Origin: Squalus acanthias
Lineage: Eukaryota
Length of the DNA stretch: 64,000 nt
Assembly (NCBI GenBank): GCA_030390025.1
Contig: CM059431.1
Coordinates: forward strand, 153,514,001-153,578,000
Direction: 5' to 3'
The translations under genes and the position numbers were made by a program. Position 1 is the first letter of the stretch. Every line of letters starts with the position of its first letter. The notes beneath the pieces were generated by a model. That model was not told the DNA's origin. It did not search any database and saw only the letters and a list, made by a program, of their open reading frames with translations. Positions 38,201 to 50,399 of this stretch are shown here, piece by piece.

Positions 38201-41050
38201 GCCCGCTCCCCGTAACCCTTAATGCCCTTTACTTCTAGGAAACTGTCTATTTCTGTTTTAAATTTAATTAATGTTGTAGCTTCTACAGCTTTTTGTGGCA
38301 GCATATTCCATGGACCTACCACCCTCTGAGTGAAGTAGTTCCTCCTCATCTCAGTTTTGAAAGAGCAGCCCCTTATTCTAAGACTATGTCCCCTAGTTCT
38401 CGTCTCACCCGTCATCGGGAACATCCTCCCCGCATCCACCCGATCCAACCCCTTCACAATCTTATATGTTTCAATAAGATCGCCTCTCATTCTTCTGAAC
38501 TCCAATGAGTAGAGTCCCAATCTACCCAACCTCTCCTCATATGACCACCCCCTCATCCCCGGGATTAACCGAGTGAACCTTTTTTGCACTGCCTCGAGAG
38601 CAAGGATGTCTTTCCTTAAGTAAGGACACCAAAACTGTATGCAGTATTCCAGGTGCGGTCTCACCAATACCTTGTACAACTGAAGCAATACCTCCCTATT
38701 TTTATATTCTATCCCCCTAGCAATGAAAGCCAACATTCCATTTGCCTTCTTAATCACTTGCTGCACCTGCATACTATCCTTTTGAGTTTCGTGCACCAGG
38801 ACCCCCAGATCCCTTTGCACTTCAGTACTCTCCAGTTTCTTGCCATTAAGATAATAAATTGCTCTAGGGTTTTTCCTGCCAAAGTGCATCACCTCACACT
38901 TTCCAGTGTTGTATTCCATCTGCCAAATCTCTGCCCACTTACTTAGCCTGTCTATGTCTCCTTGCAGGTTTTTTATGTCCTCCTCACTCACTACTTTCCC
39001 TCCCATCTTAGTATCATCTGCAAATTTTGATATGTTACACTTGGTCCCTTCCTCCAAATCGTTAATATAGATTGTAAAGAGTTGGGGACCCAGCACTGAC
39101 CCCTGTGGAACACCACTAGTTACTGATTGCCAGTCTGAGAATGAACCATTTATCCCAACTCTTTGCTTTCTGTTAGATAGCCAATCCTCTATCCATGCCA
39201 GAATATTACCCCCAATCCCGTGATTTTTTACCTTAAGCAATAATCTTTTGTGTGGCACCTTGTCAAATGCCTTTTGGAAGTCTAAATACACTACGTCCAC
39301 TGGTTCTCCTTTATCCACTCTATATGTTACTTCCTCAAAGAACTCCAGCAAATTTGTCAAACATGACTTCCCCTTCGTAAAACCATGCTGACTTTGTCCT
39401 ATTAAATTATGATTATCCAAATGTCCTGTTACTGTTTCCTTAATAATGGACTCCAAAATTTTACCTACCACAGATGTTAGGCTAACCGGTCTATAGTTAC
39501 CAGCCTTCTGTCTACTGCCCTTTTTAAATCATATCCGCTTACATCTATTTGCGCAGCTAATTCATCCAACTTATTACAAATGCTCCTCGCATTAAGCCAC
39601 AAACACTTCAGGCTTATTTTTTTAACACTGTAAGTCCTTTTACAATTATTTACTGTACCCCTGTTTGATTTACACACTTGATTTCTCTGCCTTCCACTTT
39701 TGCTTTTCTCCTTCCTGTCTTTTGCTTCTATCCTTGCTTCCCTTTCCTCTGTTTCCCTGCACAGGTTCCCAACCCCCTGCCTTTTCAGTTTAAACCCTCC
39801 ACAACAACACTAGCAATCACTGGGACATCGGTCGCGGTCCTGCCCTGGTGAAAACCGTCCAGTTTGTACTTGTCCCAACTCCACCAGAACGGGTTCCAAT
39901 GTCCCAGGAATTTGAATTACTTCCCCTTGCACAATTCCTCTAGCCATGTATTCATCTGAAATATCCCTCTATTTCTACTCTGACTTGCACGTGGCAAAGG
40001 TAGCAATCCTGAGATTACTACCTTTGAGGTCCTATTTTTTTATTTACCTCCTAACTCCCTATATTCAGCTTTTAGGACCTTATCCCGTTTTTTCCTATAT
40101 AATTGGTACCTATACGCACCATGACAAGTGGCTGTTCACCCTTCCCCTCCAGAATGCTCTGCAGCCGCTCCGAGACATCCTTGGCCCTTGCACCAGGGAG
40201 GCAACATACCATTCTGGAGTCTCGTTTGCGGCCGCAGAAACGCCTATCCATTCCCCTTGCAATAGGATCCCCTATCGCTATAGCTCTCCCGCTCTTTTTC
40301 CTCCCGTCCTGTGCAGCAGAACCACCCATGGTGAACAGGAAGTTTGCTGCTGCTGCCTTCCCCCGATAAGCCATCTCCCTCAACTATTTCCAAAGTGGTA
40401 TATCTGTTTCAGAGCGGGATGTCCACAGGGGAACCCTGCACTACCTCCCTGCGCCTACTACTCTGCCTGGTCGTCACCCATTCTCTTCCTGCCTGCGCAG
40501 CCTTTTCTCTGCGGTGTGTCCAACACCCTAAACGTGCTATCCATGATGTCCTCAGCATCGCGAATGCTCCAGTATGCATCCATTCGCAGCTCCAGCGCCG
40601 CAATGCGGTCTGCCAGTAGCTGCAGCTGGATACACTTCTCGCACACATGTTCAACATGGACACAGGAAGTGTCCCTGATTTCCCACATAGTGCAGGAGGA
40701 GCATGCCACGGGGCTGAGCTGTGCTGCCATGACTTTTCCTTTCATTAATTTAAATTAACTCAAATCAATACCACAAATTACACTACAATTAAATGATATA
40801 CTCAAGGGCCCCTGTATACTAGCACTCCCTGCTACACAACAGAGACCTTTGAAATATAACCACAAAAATTAGGACCTACGATAGTTTATAAGCTATTAAC
40901 CTTAACTGTCAAACTGCAGAATAGTATAAATACTCACCTGGCCGTACTCACCCAATCAGCTGCTTCCTCTTGTCCGCGTCACTTTTGATTTGTGACGTGG
41001 CTCTGGAACGTTGCCGCCGGTCTGTGAGAATGGTCAGCCTCTGCAAAAAA
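35298..41050 (-). mobile_element. Near full-length degenerate CR1 LINE (5'UTR, ORF1, ORF2) interrupted by a younger CR1
   Basis: ORF1 MAAQLSPVACSSCTMWE...CEKC near 40730, RAIAIGD and CCLPGA; ORF2 APE resumes across the insertion; RT motifs at 35400-36900. Confidence 0.9.
37950..39527 (-). mobile_element. Young 5'-truncated CR1 with an uninterrupted RT C-terminal ORF (428 aa, 38185-39471)
   Basis: No stops; canonical QHGF, YLDFQKAFDKVPH, GVPQGSVLGP, FADD; TSD atcata at 37944-37949 and 39528-39533. Confidence 0.93.
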
Positions 41051-41206
41051 GCCCACTTAAGTGAGTTTAAATCATCACTGTGCTGCAGCTTTCTCCGCTC
41101 CCGACACTGGCCTCAGCAAAAAAGTCTGCGAAAGTGAGTTTTACTACTCACTGTGCTGCTGCTCTCTCCGCTCCCGGCACTGTTCTCTGCAAAAAAGCCC
41201 ACGAAG

Positions 41207-42275
41207 GGTCAGTTCTGAGGGAGCACTGTACTGTCGGAGGATCAGCAATGAGGGAGCCCCTCATTGTCAGAGGGCCAGTACAGAGGGAGTGCTGCACTGT
41301 CGGAGGGGCAGTACTGAGGGAGCGCTGCACTGTCGGAGGGGCAGTACTGAGGGAGCACTTCACTGTCGGAGGGGCAGTACTGAGGGAGCGCTGCACTGTC
41401 GGAGGGACAGCACTGAGGGAGCGCTACACTGTCGGAGGGGCAGTAGTGAGGGAGCGCTGCACTGTCGGAGGGGCAGTACTGAGGGAGCGCTGCACTGTCG
41501 GAGGGGCAGTGCTGAGGGAGCGCTGCACTGTCGGAGGGGCAGTACTGAGGGAGTCCTGCACTATCGGGGGGTCAGTGCTGAGGGAGCGCTGCACTGTAGG
41601 AGGGGCAGTACTGAGGGTGCGCGGCACTGTCGGAGGGGCAGTACTGAGGGAGCGCTGCACTGTTGGAGGGGCGGGGCTGAGGGAGTGCTGCACTATTGGA
41701 GGGGCAGTACTGAGGGAGCGCTGCGCTGTCGGAGGGGCAGTACTGAGGGAGCGCTGCACTGTCGGTAGAGCAGTACTGAGGGAGCGCTGCACTGTCGGAG
41801 GGGCAGTACTGAGGGAGCGCTGCAGTCTCAGAGGGGCGGGACAGAGGGAGGGCTGCACTGTCTGAGGGGCAGTACTGAGGGAGCGCTGCACTCTCAGAGG
41901 GGCGGGACTGAGGGAGCGCTGCACTGTCGGAGCGGCATTACTGAGGGAGCGCTGCACTCTCGGAAGGGCTGTCTTTCAGATGAGATGTTAAACCGAGGCC
42001 CCATCTGCCCTCTCAGGTGGACATAAAAGATCCCATGGAACTATTCAAAGAAGAGCAGGGGAGTTCTCCCCTGTGTTCTGCCGAATAATTATCCTTCAAC
42101 TAACGTCACTAATGCAGACTTGCAGCCCATTATCACATTTTGTTTGTGGTACCTCACTGTGCGCAAGTTGTGTGCTGAGTTTCATCACAGCAGTGACTAT
42201 GATGGAAATGATCTTCGTTGGTGGTGAGGGGTTGGGTTGTCCTGTGGTTGTGAAAGGTGCTATAGAGATGCAAGA
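41207..42275 (+). mobile_element. Deu-domain SINE with 5' 33-bp tandem array (array 41207-41965, body 41966-42275)
   Basis: Homogeneous 33-bp units, then gtctttcagatgagatgttaaaccgaggcc...ggtgctatagagatgcaag. Confidence 0.88.
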
Positions 42276-42467
42276 TACCCCTCCAGCTATCCGGGATTGC
42301 CCTCCCCTATAATCTCATTCCCTGTCTCTCTGTCCAGCTCCCGCTGACCCCCACCCCCTGTCTCTGAGACACTCGGGGACCTTTACGAGCCCCTCGGGCA
42401 GACCCCTGGGGCCATGACTCTGAGACATGGGTCACCGGCTGCACAAAGTGGGGCTGTACAGTCCCAG

Positions 42468-43410
42468 ACAGGAGAGAATCGTTCCCTTTTACACACTGTG
42501 CACTGTACATGTACAGGAGCTGACACTGAGACGCACACAGGCCATACGGTACCAGACGGGAGTGAATCGTTCCATTTTACCCGTGGTGTGCTGTATATGC
42601 ACAGGAGCTGACACTAAGGGCAGGATTTTCATAGGGCCGTTGAGGCGGATTCTGGAGGCGTGTGGGGTGTTAAAATTGCATAAACTGGCAGGTGGGCCCA
42701 AACCCACCTCCATCCCGCTTCCACGCAATTTTGATGAAATCGTGTCTTATGGCCCGGTCTCCGTTCCGCCTCCAAGAGGCGGGATAGGTCCTTAAGGCCC
42801 TTAAAAACCACTTAATTGCCTCTATAATCCCCTTTTGAATGGCCTTTCTGATTTTAACTTATTTCTGACGTGCTACAAGCCTGCTCTGAAATACGACAGT
42901 GAAACCTGGCGAGGGCTGCAGCTGCACCATTATAAAGGGGATTCTATCATTTTGGGGGACCGTTTGAGGAAATAAAATCTATCTCTCTCTCTCTCTCTCT
43001 CCCAACATCCTCCAGGAACAGACTTAGGTCTCCTACTCCAAAAGGTTGCAGACTCTAACTGCAGCAGCAATGATGACATCTTCAGAGGCGAGTTTCACAC
43101 TGCAACAACTAATTGGGTCATGGGTTCCCACATGCTGGAACTCAATTGCCAAATTAGAGGAAAATCACATCATTCTCCCACATCCATTTGCAGTCAGGTG
43201 GATAACACGAAAAGCGGATGACACGACCCCAACCCGCCCCAATGACAGAATCGAAGCCCTAAGACACACAAGAGCCATAAAGTATCAGACACGAGTGAAT
43301 CGTTCCCTTTTACACGCTGTGTGCTGTACATGTACAGGAGCTGACACTGCGACACACATGGGCCGTACAGTAGCAGTAGGGAGTGAATCATTCCCTTTTA
43401 CCCGCTGTGA
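42468..43410. repeat. ~88-bp tandem repeat (ggagtgaatcgttcccttttacacgctgtgtgctgtacatgtacaggagctgacactg...) split by a transposon
   Basis: Units at 42470, 42558, 43290, 43380 and a further partial unit near 43797. Confidence 0.7.
42618..43259. mobile_element. Non-autonomous PIF/Harbinger-like DNA transposon
   Basis: Ends GGGC...GCCC, TAA duplicated at 42615-42617 and 43260-43262; the host repeat reads through when it is removed. Confidence 0.7.
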
Positions 43411-43544
43411 TATAGGGAGAGAAATATACTGGAACTGAAAAATGCAAAGGAACAGGAACAGCGTGACAGAGACAGATATAGCAAAATATCACAACAGAGA
43501 GCGTGTCCAGGAAAAGGGATCAATTTACCGGTTACTTTCTCTGT

Positions 43545-43782
43545 TGCAAGAGAGAGACTGGGACAGAAAGAGGGAGAAAGAGATAGAGAGAGAGAGAGAC
43601 TGAGAGAGAGAAAGACAGGGACAGAAAAAGAAGAGAGTAAGAGACAGGGACAGATTGAGAGTGAAAGAGAGGGACAGTGAGAGAGAGGGAGAGAGAGAGA
43701 GATAGGGACAAAGGGAGAGAGGGAAAGCAGGAGAGAGAAATAGAGACACAGAGGCAGAGAAAGAGACAGGTACAGAGATAGA
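43545..43782. repeat. GA-rich simple repeat
   Basis: Imperfect (GA)n/(GACA)n tract. Confidence 0.9.
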
Positions 43783-43839
43783 GCATGGTATCAAATGGGA
43801 GTGAATGGTTCATTTTTACCCGCTGCGTACTGTAAAAAT

Positions 43840-44195
43840 AGAAAGACTTGCATTTATATAGCGCCTTTCATGAACTCAGCAGGTCCCAGACCACTTTATA
43901 GCCAATTAATACTTTTGAAGTGTAATCAATGTTGTAATGTAGGAAATGCGGCAGCTAATTTCCGAAAAGCCAGCTCCCATGGATAGCAATGATATAATGA
44001 CCTGATAAACTGTTTTTTAGTGCTATCGGTTGAGAGGTAACTATTGGCCAGGACTCCGGGGATGTTTTACATCCAAAAGCCGGCAGCTCCAACAGAGCAG
44101 CGCTCCCCAGTACTATCCATCTAACAGTGCAGCGCTACCTCAGTATTCCCTCTCCGACAGTGCAACGCTCCCTCAGTACTGCCCCTCCGACAGTG
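43840..44195 (-). mobile_element. Deu-domain SINE, internally deleted, with about 3 units of the 33-bp repeat
   Basis: gaaagacttgcatttatatagcgcc tail and ctccctcagtactgcccctccgacagtg units in reverse orientation. Confidence 0.8.
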
Positions 44196-44990
44196 TCCGC
44201 CTAACCTCAAAAGTACCATCGTTCGCAGCAGATTACCCATCTTTCAGGAGAACAGCAACCACGACACCACACAACCCTGCCACGGCAACCTCTGCAAGAC
44301 ATGCCAAATCATGGACACAGATACCATCATCACACGTGAGGACACTACCCACCAGGTACATGGTACATACTCATGTGACTCGGCCAACGTTGTCTACCTG
44401 ATACGTTGCAGTAAAGGATGCTCCAGAGCATGGTACATCGGCGAGACCATGCAGACACTGAGACAACGTATGAACGGACACCGTGCAACAATCGCCAGGC
44501 AGGAGGGTTGCCTCCCAGTCGGGGAACACTTCAGCAGTCAGGGGCATTCAGCCTCGGATCTGCGGGTAAGCGTTCTCCAAGGCGGCCTTCGGGATACACG
44601 ACAGCGCAAAATCATAGAGCAGAAACTGATAGCCAAGTTCCGCACTCATGAGGATGGCCTCAATCGCGATATCGGGTTCATGTCACGATACAGAACGTGA
44701 CTTGACATCATGGCCGGTCTTTCCAGGTTTTGTTTTAAAAAGACTAATGGAGAGGATATGCAGCCAGCAGGTGTTTTGACACGTTGGACCCCCTGGGACA
44801 CATCTCATTGTCTTGGTGTGTCTTTGATGTAGGGAAAGATTTGAATAGATTTTGCTGTGTTTATATTGTGAATTCTGGGAGATTCGCTCACAGCTACCTT
44901 ACCTGAAGAAGGAGCGAACAGCTCCGAAAGCTTGTAAAATTAAATAAATCTGTTGGACTATAACCTGGTGTTGTGCGACTTCTGATTTTC
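44196..44990 (+). mobile_element. Penelope-like element 3' part: GIY-YIG endonuclease ORF to 44700 plus hammerhead-bearing terminal repeat
   Basis: PCHGNLCKTC...CDSANVVYLIRCSKGCSRAWYIGETMQTLRQRMNGHR; cCTGAAGAaggagcgaacagctccGAAAgcttg at ~44900-44937. Confidence 0.9.
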
Positions 44991-45912
44991 ATAAATAGAG
45001 GCATAGAGTGCAAAAGCAAGGAAGTTGTGATGAACCTTTATAAAACACTGGTTCAGCCTCAACTGGAGTATTGTGTCCAATTCTGCGCAGTACACTGTAG
45101 GAAGGATGTGAAGGCCTTAGAGAGGGTGCCGAAAACTTTTACAAAAATGGTTCCTTGGATGAGGGACTTCAGTTATGTGGATAGATTAAAGACGCTGTTT
45201 TTGTTCTCCTTGGAGCAGAGAAGGTTGACAGGAGATTTGATAGAGGTGCTCGACAGAGTAGGGGTGTCTAGACGGAGTAGGCAGAGAGAAACTGTTTCCA
45301 ATGGCGGAAGGGTGGAGAACCACAGGACACAGATTTAAGTCCAAAAATGTGCGGGTTAGGTTGATTTGGCTATGATAAATTGACCCTTAGTGTTTGGGGG
45401 GGATTAAATATGTGGGGTTATAGGGATAGGATGGGATATGTTAGGGGGAATTAAATACGTGGGGTTACGGGGATAGGGTGGGATAGGTGCAGGCTCGATG
45501 TGGGGATTCTGTGTGCGAAAGCAGGGACAGGGTACTGGATTTGGATGATCAGCCATGATCGTATTGAATGGTGGAGCAGGCTCGACGGGCCGAATGGCCT
45601 ACACCTGCTCCTAGTTTCTATGTTTCTATGTTTCTAAGTTGATTGCCAGAAAAACAAAAGGCGTCATGAGGAAGAACATTTTTTTACGCAGCAAGAGGTT
45701 AGGATCTGGAATGCACTGCCTGAGAGGGGAGTTTCAATCGTGACGCGCAAAAGGAAATTGGATAAGTACCTGAAGGATAAGAAATTGCAGGGCTACCGCG
45801 GAAGTGCGGGGGAGTGAGACACGCTGAAGTGCTGTTGCATAGAGCCGGCAGGGGCTCGACAGGCCGAATAGACTCCTTCTCTGCTGTAACCATTCCATGA
45901 TTCTATGATTCC
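44985..45912 (+). mobile_element. CR1 3' fragment interrupted at 45341-45634
   Basis: LYKTLVQPQLEYCVQF...EQRRLTGDLIEV; resumes at 45640 and ends ttccatgattctatgattc. Confidence 0.82.
45341..45634 (+). mobile_element. Chimeric insertion: V-SINE/HE1-like 3' body fused to a different CR1 tail
   Basis: ccaaaaatgtgcgggttaggttgatt...ggtgcaggctcgatg, then gatgatcagccatgatc...(tttctatg)n; taagt duplicated at 45336-45340 and 45635-45639. Confidence 0.65.
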
Positions 45913-45934
45913 ACGTCCTCTGGTGACACCGTGC

Positions 45935-46890
45935 AGTCTGTAATTTGTGTGACGTTTATCTGCAGTATTTCTTACGTCAGTCTACACGCTGTGTGACGTC
46001 TGACTGTCGTCTATATGACGTCAGCCTGCAGTCTGCGTGACGTCAGTATGCAATCTGTGTGACGTCAGTCTCCAGTCTGTGTGGCGCAATTCTGCAGTCA
46101 GTGTGGCCGAATTTTGCAGTCTTTGTGACTCTGTCTGCAGTCTGTGTGACGCTGACTGCATTCTGTGTGACGTCATTTTGCAGTCTGTGTGACGTCAATC
46201 TGCAGTCTGTGCGACGTCAGTATACAGTCTGTGTGGCGGAATTCTGCAGTCTGTGTGGCGGAATTTTGCAGTCTGTGTGACTCTTTTTGCGTTCTGTTTG
46301 ACGTCAGTCTGCAGTCAGTGTGACGTAATTCTGCAGTCTGTTTGACTCTGCGTGTGTTCTGTGTGACATCAGTCTGCTGTCTGTGTGACGCTGTCTGCAG
46401 TCTGTGTGACGCTCCCTGCAGTGTGTGTGACGTCATTTTGCAGTCTGTGTGAAGTCAGTCTGCAGTCTGTGCGACTGTCTGCCGTCTCTGTGACGTCATT
46501 CTACAATCTGTGTGACTCTGCCTGCTGCCTGTGTGACGTAATTCTGCATTCTGTGAAGCATCTGTCTGCAGACTGTTTGACGTCAGTCTGCAGTCAGTGT
46601 GACGCAATGCTGGCATCTGTGTGGTTTAACTCTGCAGTCTGAGTGACTCTGTCTGCATTCTGTGTCACACTGTCTGCATTTATGTGACGTCAGTTTGCAG
46701 TCTGTGTGGCTCTGCAGTCTGTGTGATATCAGTCTGCAGCCTGTGCGATTCTGTCTGCAGTCTGTGTGACTCTGTCTGCAATCTGTATGACGACAGTCTG
46801 TTTGACGTCAGTCTGCAGTCTCTGTGAGGTCAGTCTGCATTCTGTGTGACGTCAGTCTGCAGTCTGTGTGACGCCAGTCTCTGTGTGTCA
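45935..46890. repeat. ~20-22 bp minisatellite (ctgcagtctgtgtgacgtcagt) rich in CRE palindromes
   Basis: Tandem degenerate units; 12 perfect TGACGTCA counted by eye. Confidence 0.87.
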
Positions 46891-47689
46891 TTGAGCTTCA
46901 GTCAGCGTCAGTCTCTCTCCCTCTGTGTTTGCTGGCTGTCTGACGTGCCGTCGGCCATGTGTCTGTGACGTGCTTTCGGCCATGTTTGACTGTGCCTTCT
47001 CACGATTGTAGCTGGGTGCAGATACATCGCTGGATGACGGAATTAAAACCCCAACCTGCTGCCTGACTCTTGGCATCAATAGTGTTCGTCTAAAACTAAT
47101 TAAATGATAATCAACCTACTTCTCAGACCCGCCAGCAACTCATCACCACTTCCCCAGAAGCTGGATGCGAGACGGATTTGCAGAGCAGCGGCTCCGGGGT
47201 CCTGAAACCAAGTGGAGTTTGTTTGTTTTCAGAAGGTCAGCAGAAAGTGGAACGTGAACGAGTGACGCGTCAAGGGGGCACTTTATCACAAATTATATAT
47301 GGACTATTAAAGTACTCAGGCTATTGATAGAGTAAAGTTTTCAATAAGGTTTTTGAAAATTGATCTGAGGTGTCATAGGTTTATTGAGCACACAGTCCTT
47401 GCAATAGTACTTAAACATACAGTTGAAAGTTGTAGCCATACCTAATGATGGTTGCTTGGCGATTGAAACGTCTTACAGTTCTCAGCTCAGTATCTTAAGC
47501 TTTTAAGAACCAGAATACTCAGTACAAAGAGCCAATTTGATTACAATTTGTCTCACTCCCTCTCTGTGACCATCCACACAATGATGCATTATATAACGTT
47601 ATGTTAGTTAACATATAACTCCATATATGGAGACTTTCATCGACTTATCCTTGATCAATAAGGGTAGTTTTCATTGCGTAACGATCACT

Positions 47690-48230
47690 TTGTCGGGTGT
47701 GCTTAGAAGCGAAATTCCCTCTTCCCACTCCCGCATCATTTCCTCTGAGGTCCCCCAAGGATATATTCTTGCTCCCCTCCTATTTCTCAACTCTCTGCTG
47801 CCCCTTGGCGACATCATCCGAAACCACGGCGTCAGTTTCCACATGTACGGTGACGACACCCAGCTCTAACTCACGACCTTTTCTCTCGTCCCCTCCACCG
47901 TCTCTAAATTGTCAGACTGTTTGCCCGACATCCAGTACTGGATGAGTAGAAATTGTCTCCACTTAAATATTGGGAAGACCGAAGCCATTGTCTTCAGTCC
48001 CCTCCACAAACTGCGTTCCATAGTCACCGACTCCATCATTCTCCCGAGCATCTGTCTGAGGCTGAAATAGACTGTTCGCAACCTTCGTGTCATATTTGAC
48101 CCTGCATGAGCTTGCAACCACATATCAGCGGCATAAGACCGCCTATTTCCACCTCCATAACATTGTCCGTCTCCGGCCCTGCCTCAGCTCATCTGCTGCT
48201 GAAACCCTCATCCATGCCTTTGCTCCTTCC
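47690..48230 (+). mobile_element. L2 LINE RT fragment
   Basis: [12 protein letters not shown]...[23 protein letters not shown], and LSSSAAETLIHAF. Confidence 0.85.
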
Positions 48231-48819
48231 CTGCTTAACAGGCCGAGGCTACATATTAAAATTAAAGCTATAGAACGATAAACCAATACAGTATAACATT
48301 AGCACACTTTAGGCAGTCTGATTAACTATTTCCCAACAATACCCCACCTTTGGCATTAGATTCCTGAAGGCTAAACCTAAACAAATCTCATCAGCATCAT
48401 ATATCTATCTCGATCTATTCTCTTCTGCAGATCTCTACCCATTTGCTTTACACATTACTCTCTACAGAGCCACATTGAGAACTTCTTGTCGTGCTGACTC
48501 AAGCGTGACTGGCCATGTCTTGGACCCATTCTTCACGGAATCTTCATCATGCACATCGCATGCTGGTCTCGCATTCACGGGCAACACTTCACTTCAGCAC
48601 ACACAGCGATAACCCAAGATCAGGCAGCTGGAGGCATCCGATACAAGCCATCCCAGCCATTTCTGGCTAACTACACAAAGCTGGGAGAGGGGGTAGGGGT
48701 TCTGTCGATGTTTGGATAGAATCTCCCTCTGCATGGTTTCGATGTTTCTTGTAGTGGCAAAGCTATCAAGTACATTCCTCTAATTGCTCAGTACCAGAAA
48801 GGACATAACCCTGAAAGCG

Positions 48820-50262
48820 GACCTGAGCAAGATGAGGAGCGGCGGCATAAAAGCAGCGGGAGAAAAGATCCTCGGGCAGAGCAGACCTGAGCAGCAGCGG
48901 CATATTTATTCGGGTAATTCAAAAACGACTACACATTATCAAGGAGTGACGTCACAGGACAGCAGGTAGGTGATTGGTTGGTGAGTTTTACAGTTTATTT
49001 TGCTCTCAGCCAGCGAAGGGGGTTCAACGTATAACTTGAACTAGATTTAGTAAGTATTTAAAAACTAAATCATGAGCTAAGATAATTGAATGCATAAACA
49101 TTAATTAATTAAATAACTAAAACGAGGTTATATTGTGATGGCAGTGCGGGTGATATGGCGCAACTGCACCATGTGGTATGTTTGTGGCGAGAATCGCGAT
49201 TCCTGATGACCACGTTTGCAGTTAGTGCCTGCACCTCGAGGAACTTCTTCTCAGAGTTGTTGAAAAGGAGACCGAGGTGCAGACATTGCGAGGCATCAGG
49301 GCGGGGGAGAGTTACCTGGACACTTTGATCCAGGTGGCAGTCACACCCCTTCGGTTAGATAGTGGAACAGGCCTGGTTAGTGGTCAGGGACAGGAGGGTG
49401 TGACTGCGACTCAGGCAGGTAAGGTGACCCCAGGTGCAGTGATGGAGGAGCCTCGGCTTAGTACGTATTCAGCAGGTATGAGGTTCTTGCTGCCTGTGTT
49501 GATGAGGGCAAAATCTGCAGTATGGATGAGCAAACTGACCACGGCACCGTGGCATAGGAGGCCATTCCAGTGGGACGAGTGAAAATGAATGTAGTTGTGG
49601 TAGAGGACAGCATAGTCAGGGGGAGAAATATTGTTTTCTGCAGCCAGGACCGGTGTTCCGAAGGCTCTGTTGCCTGTCAGGTTTAAGGATATCTCCCCGC
49701 AGCTGGAGAAACATTTGTAGTGGGAGGGGGAGGATCCAGTGGTCGCATTCCACGTCGGAACCACAGACATCCGTCGAACTAGGAATGAGGTTCTTCTGAG
49801 AGTTTGAGGAGCGAGCATACAATTTAAAACGCAGGACCTCAAAAGTAACAATTTCTGGATTGTGAACTCATCCACGTGCAAATTGCCACCGTGATAAGCA
49901 GAACTGAGAGTTAAATGTTTTGCTGGAAGAATGGTTTGGGAGGAAGAGGTTTCGATTCATGGGCACTGGCACCAGTACTGGAGAATGAGTGAGCTGCTCC
50001 ATATTGAAGGGGCTCCATTAAACCGGGCTGGGACATGTATCCTGTTGAATCTAATAACTTGACTGTTCATAGGGCTTTCAACTAAAATTCAAGGCATTGG
50101 AGCAGTGTATCGATTTGGATAAAGATAAGCAGAGTGTGACAGGAAAGAACAGAGAGCTTAATGGTAATAGTGCATCAGCCAATAAGGAGAAGCAGGGAAT
50201 AATGGTGAGAAAGCTAAAAGTAAAGGCTGTTTATCTGAATGCACGAAGCATTCGTAACAAGG
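48820..50262 (+). mobile_element. Old CR1 5' part (5'UTR, decayed ORF1, start of ORF2)
   Basis: Degenerate Cys motif near 49138-49240, EDSIVRG-like SGNH motif, KAVYLNARSIRNK. Confidence 0.75.
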
Positions 50263-50399
50263 GATCTATAAGAAATGAAACCAGACTAAATACAAACGAA
50301 ACAGGAACGCAGAACATAGGAAGGAACAAACTAAGGGAGGTCATAGACTCTGGGTAATAAATAGAGTTATAGAAATAGGGAGTAAAAAGATGGTTGAAA

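Noticed and set aside
38185..39471. Functional reverse transcriptase gene
   Set aside because: 5'-truncated CR1 lacking the endonuclease, RT N-terminus, promoter and ATG start; intact only because it is young
44311..44700. Stand-alone GIY-YIG homing endonuclease or domesticated nuclease gene
   Set aside because: It is the C-terminus of a 5'-truncated Penelope ORF followed by the Penelope terminal repeat
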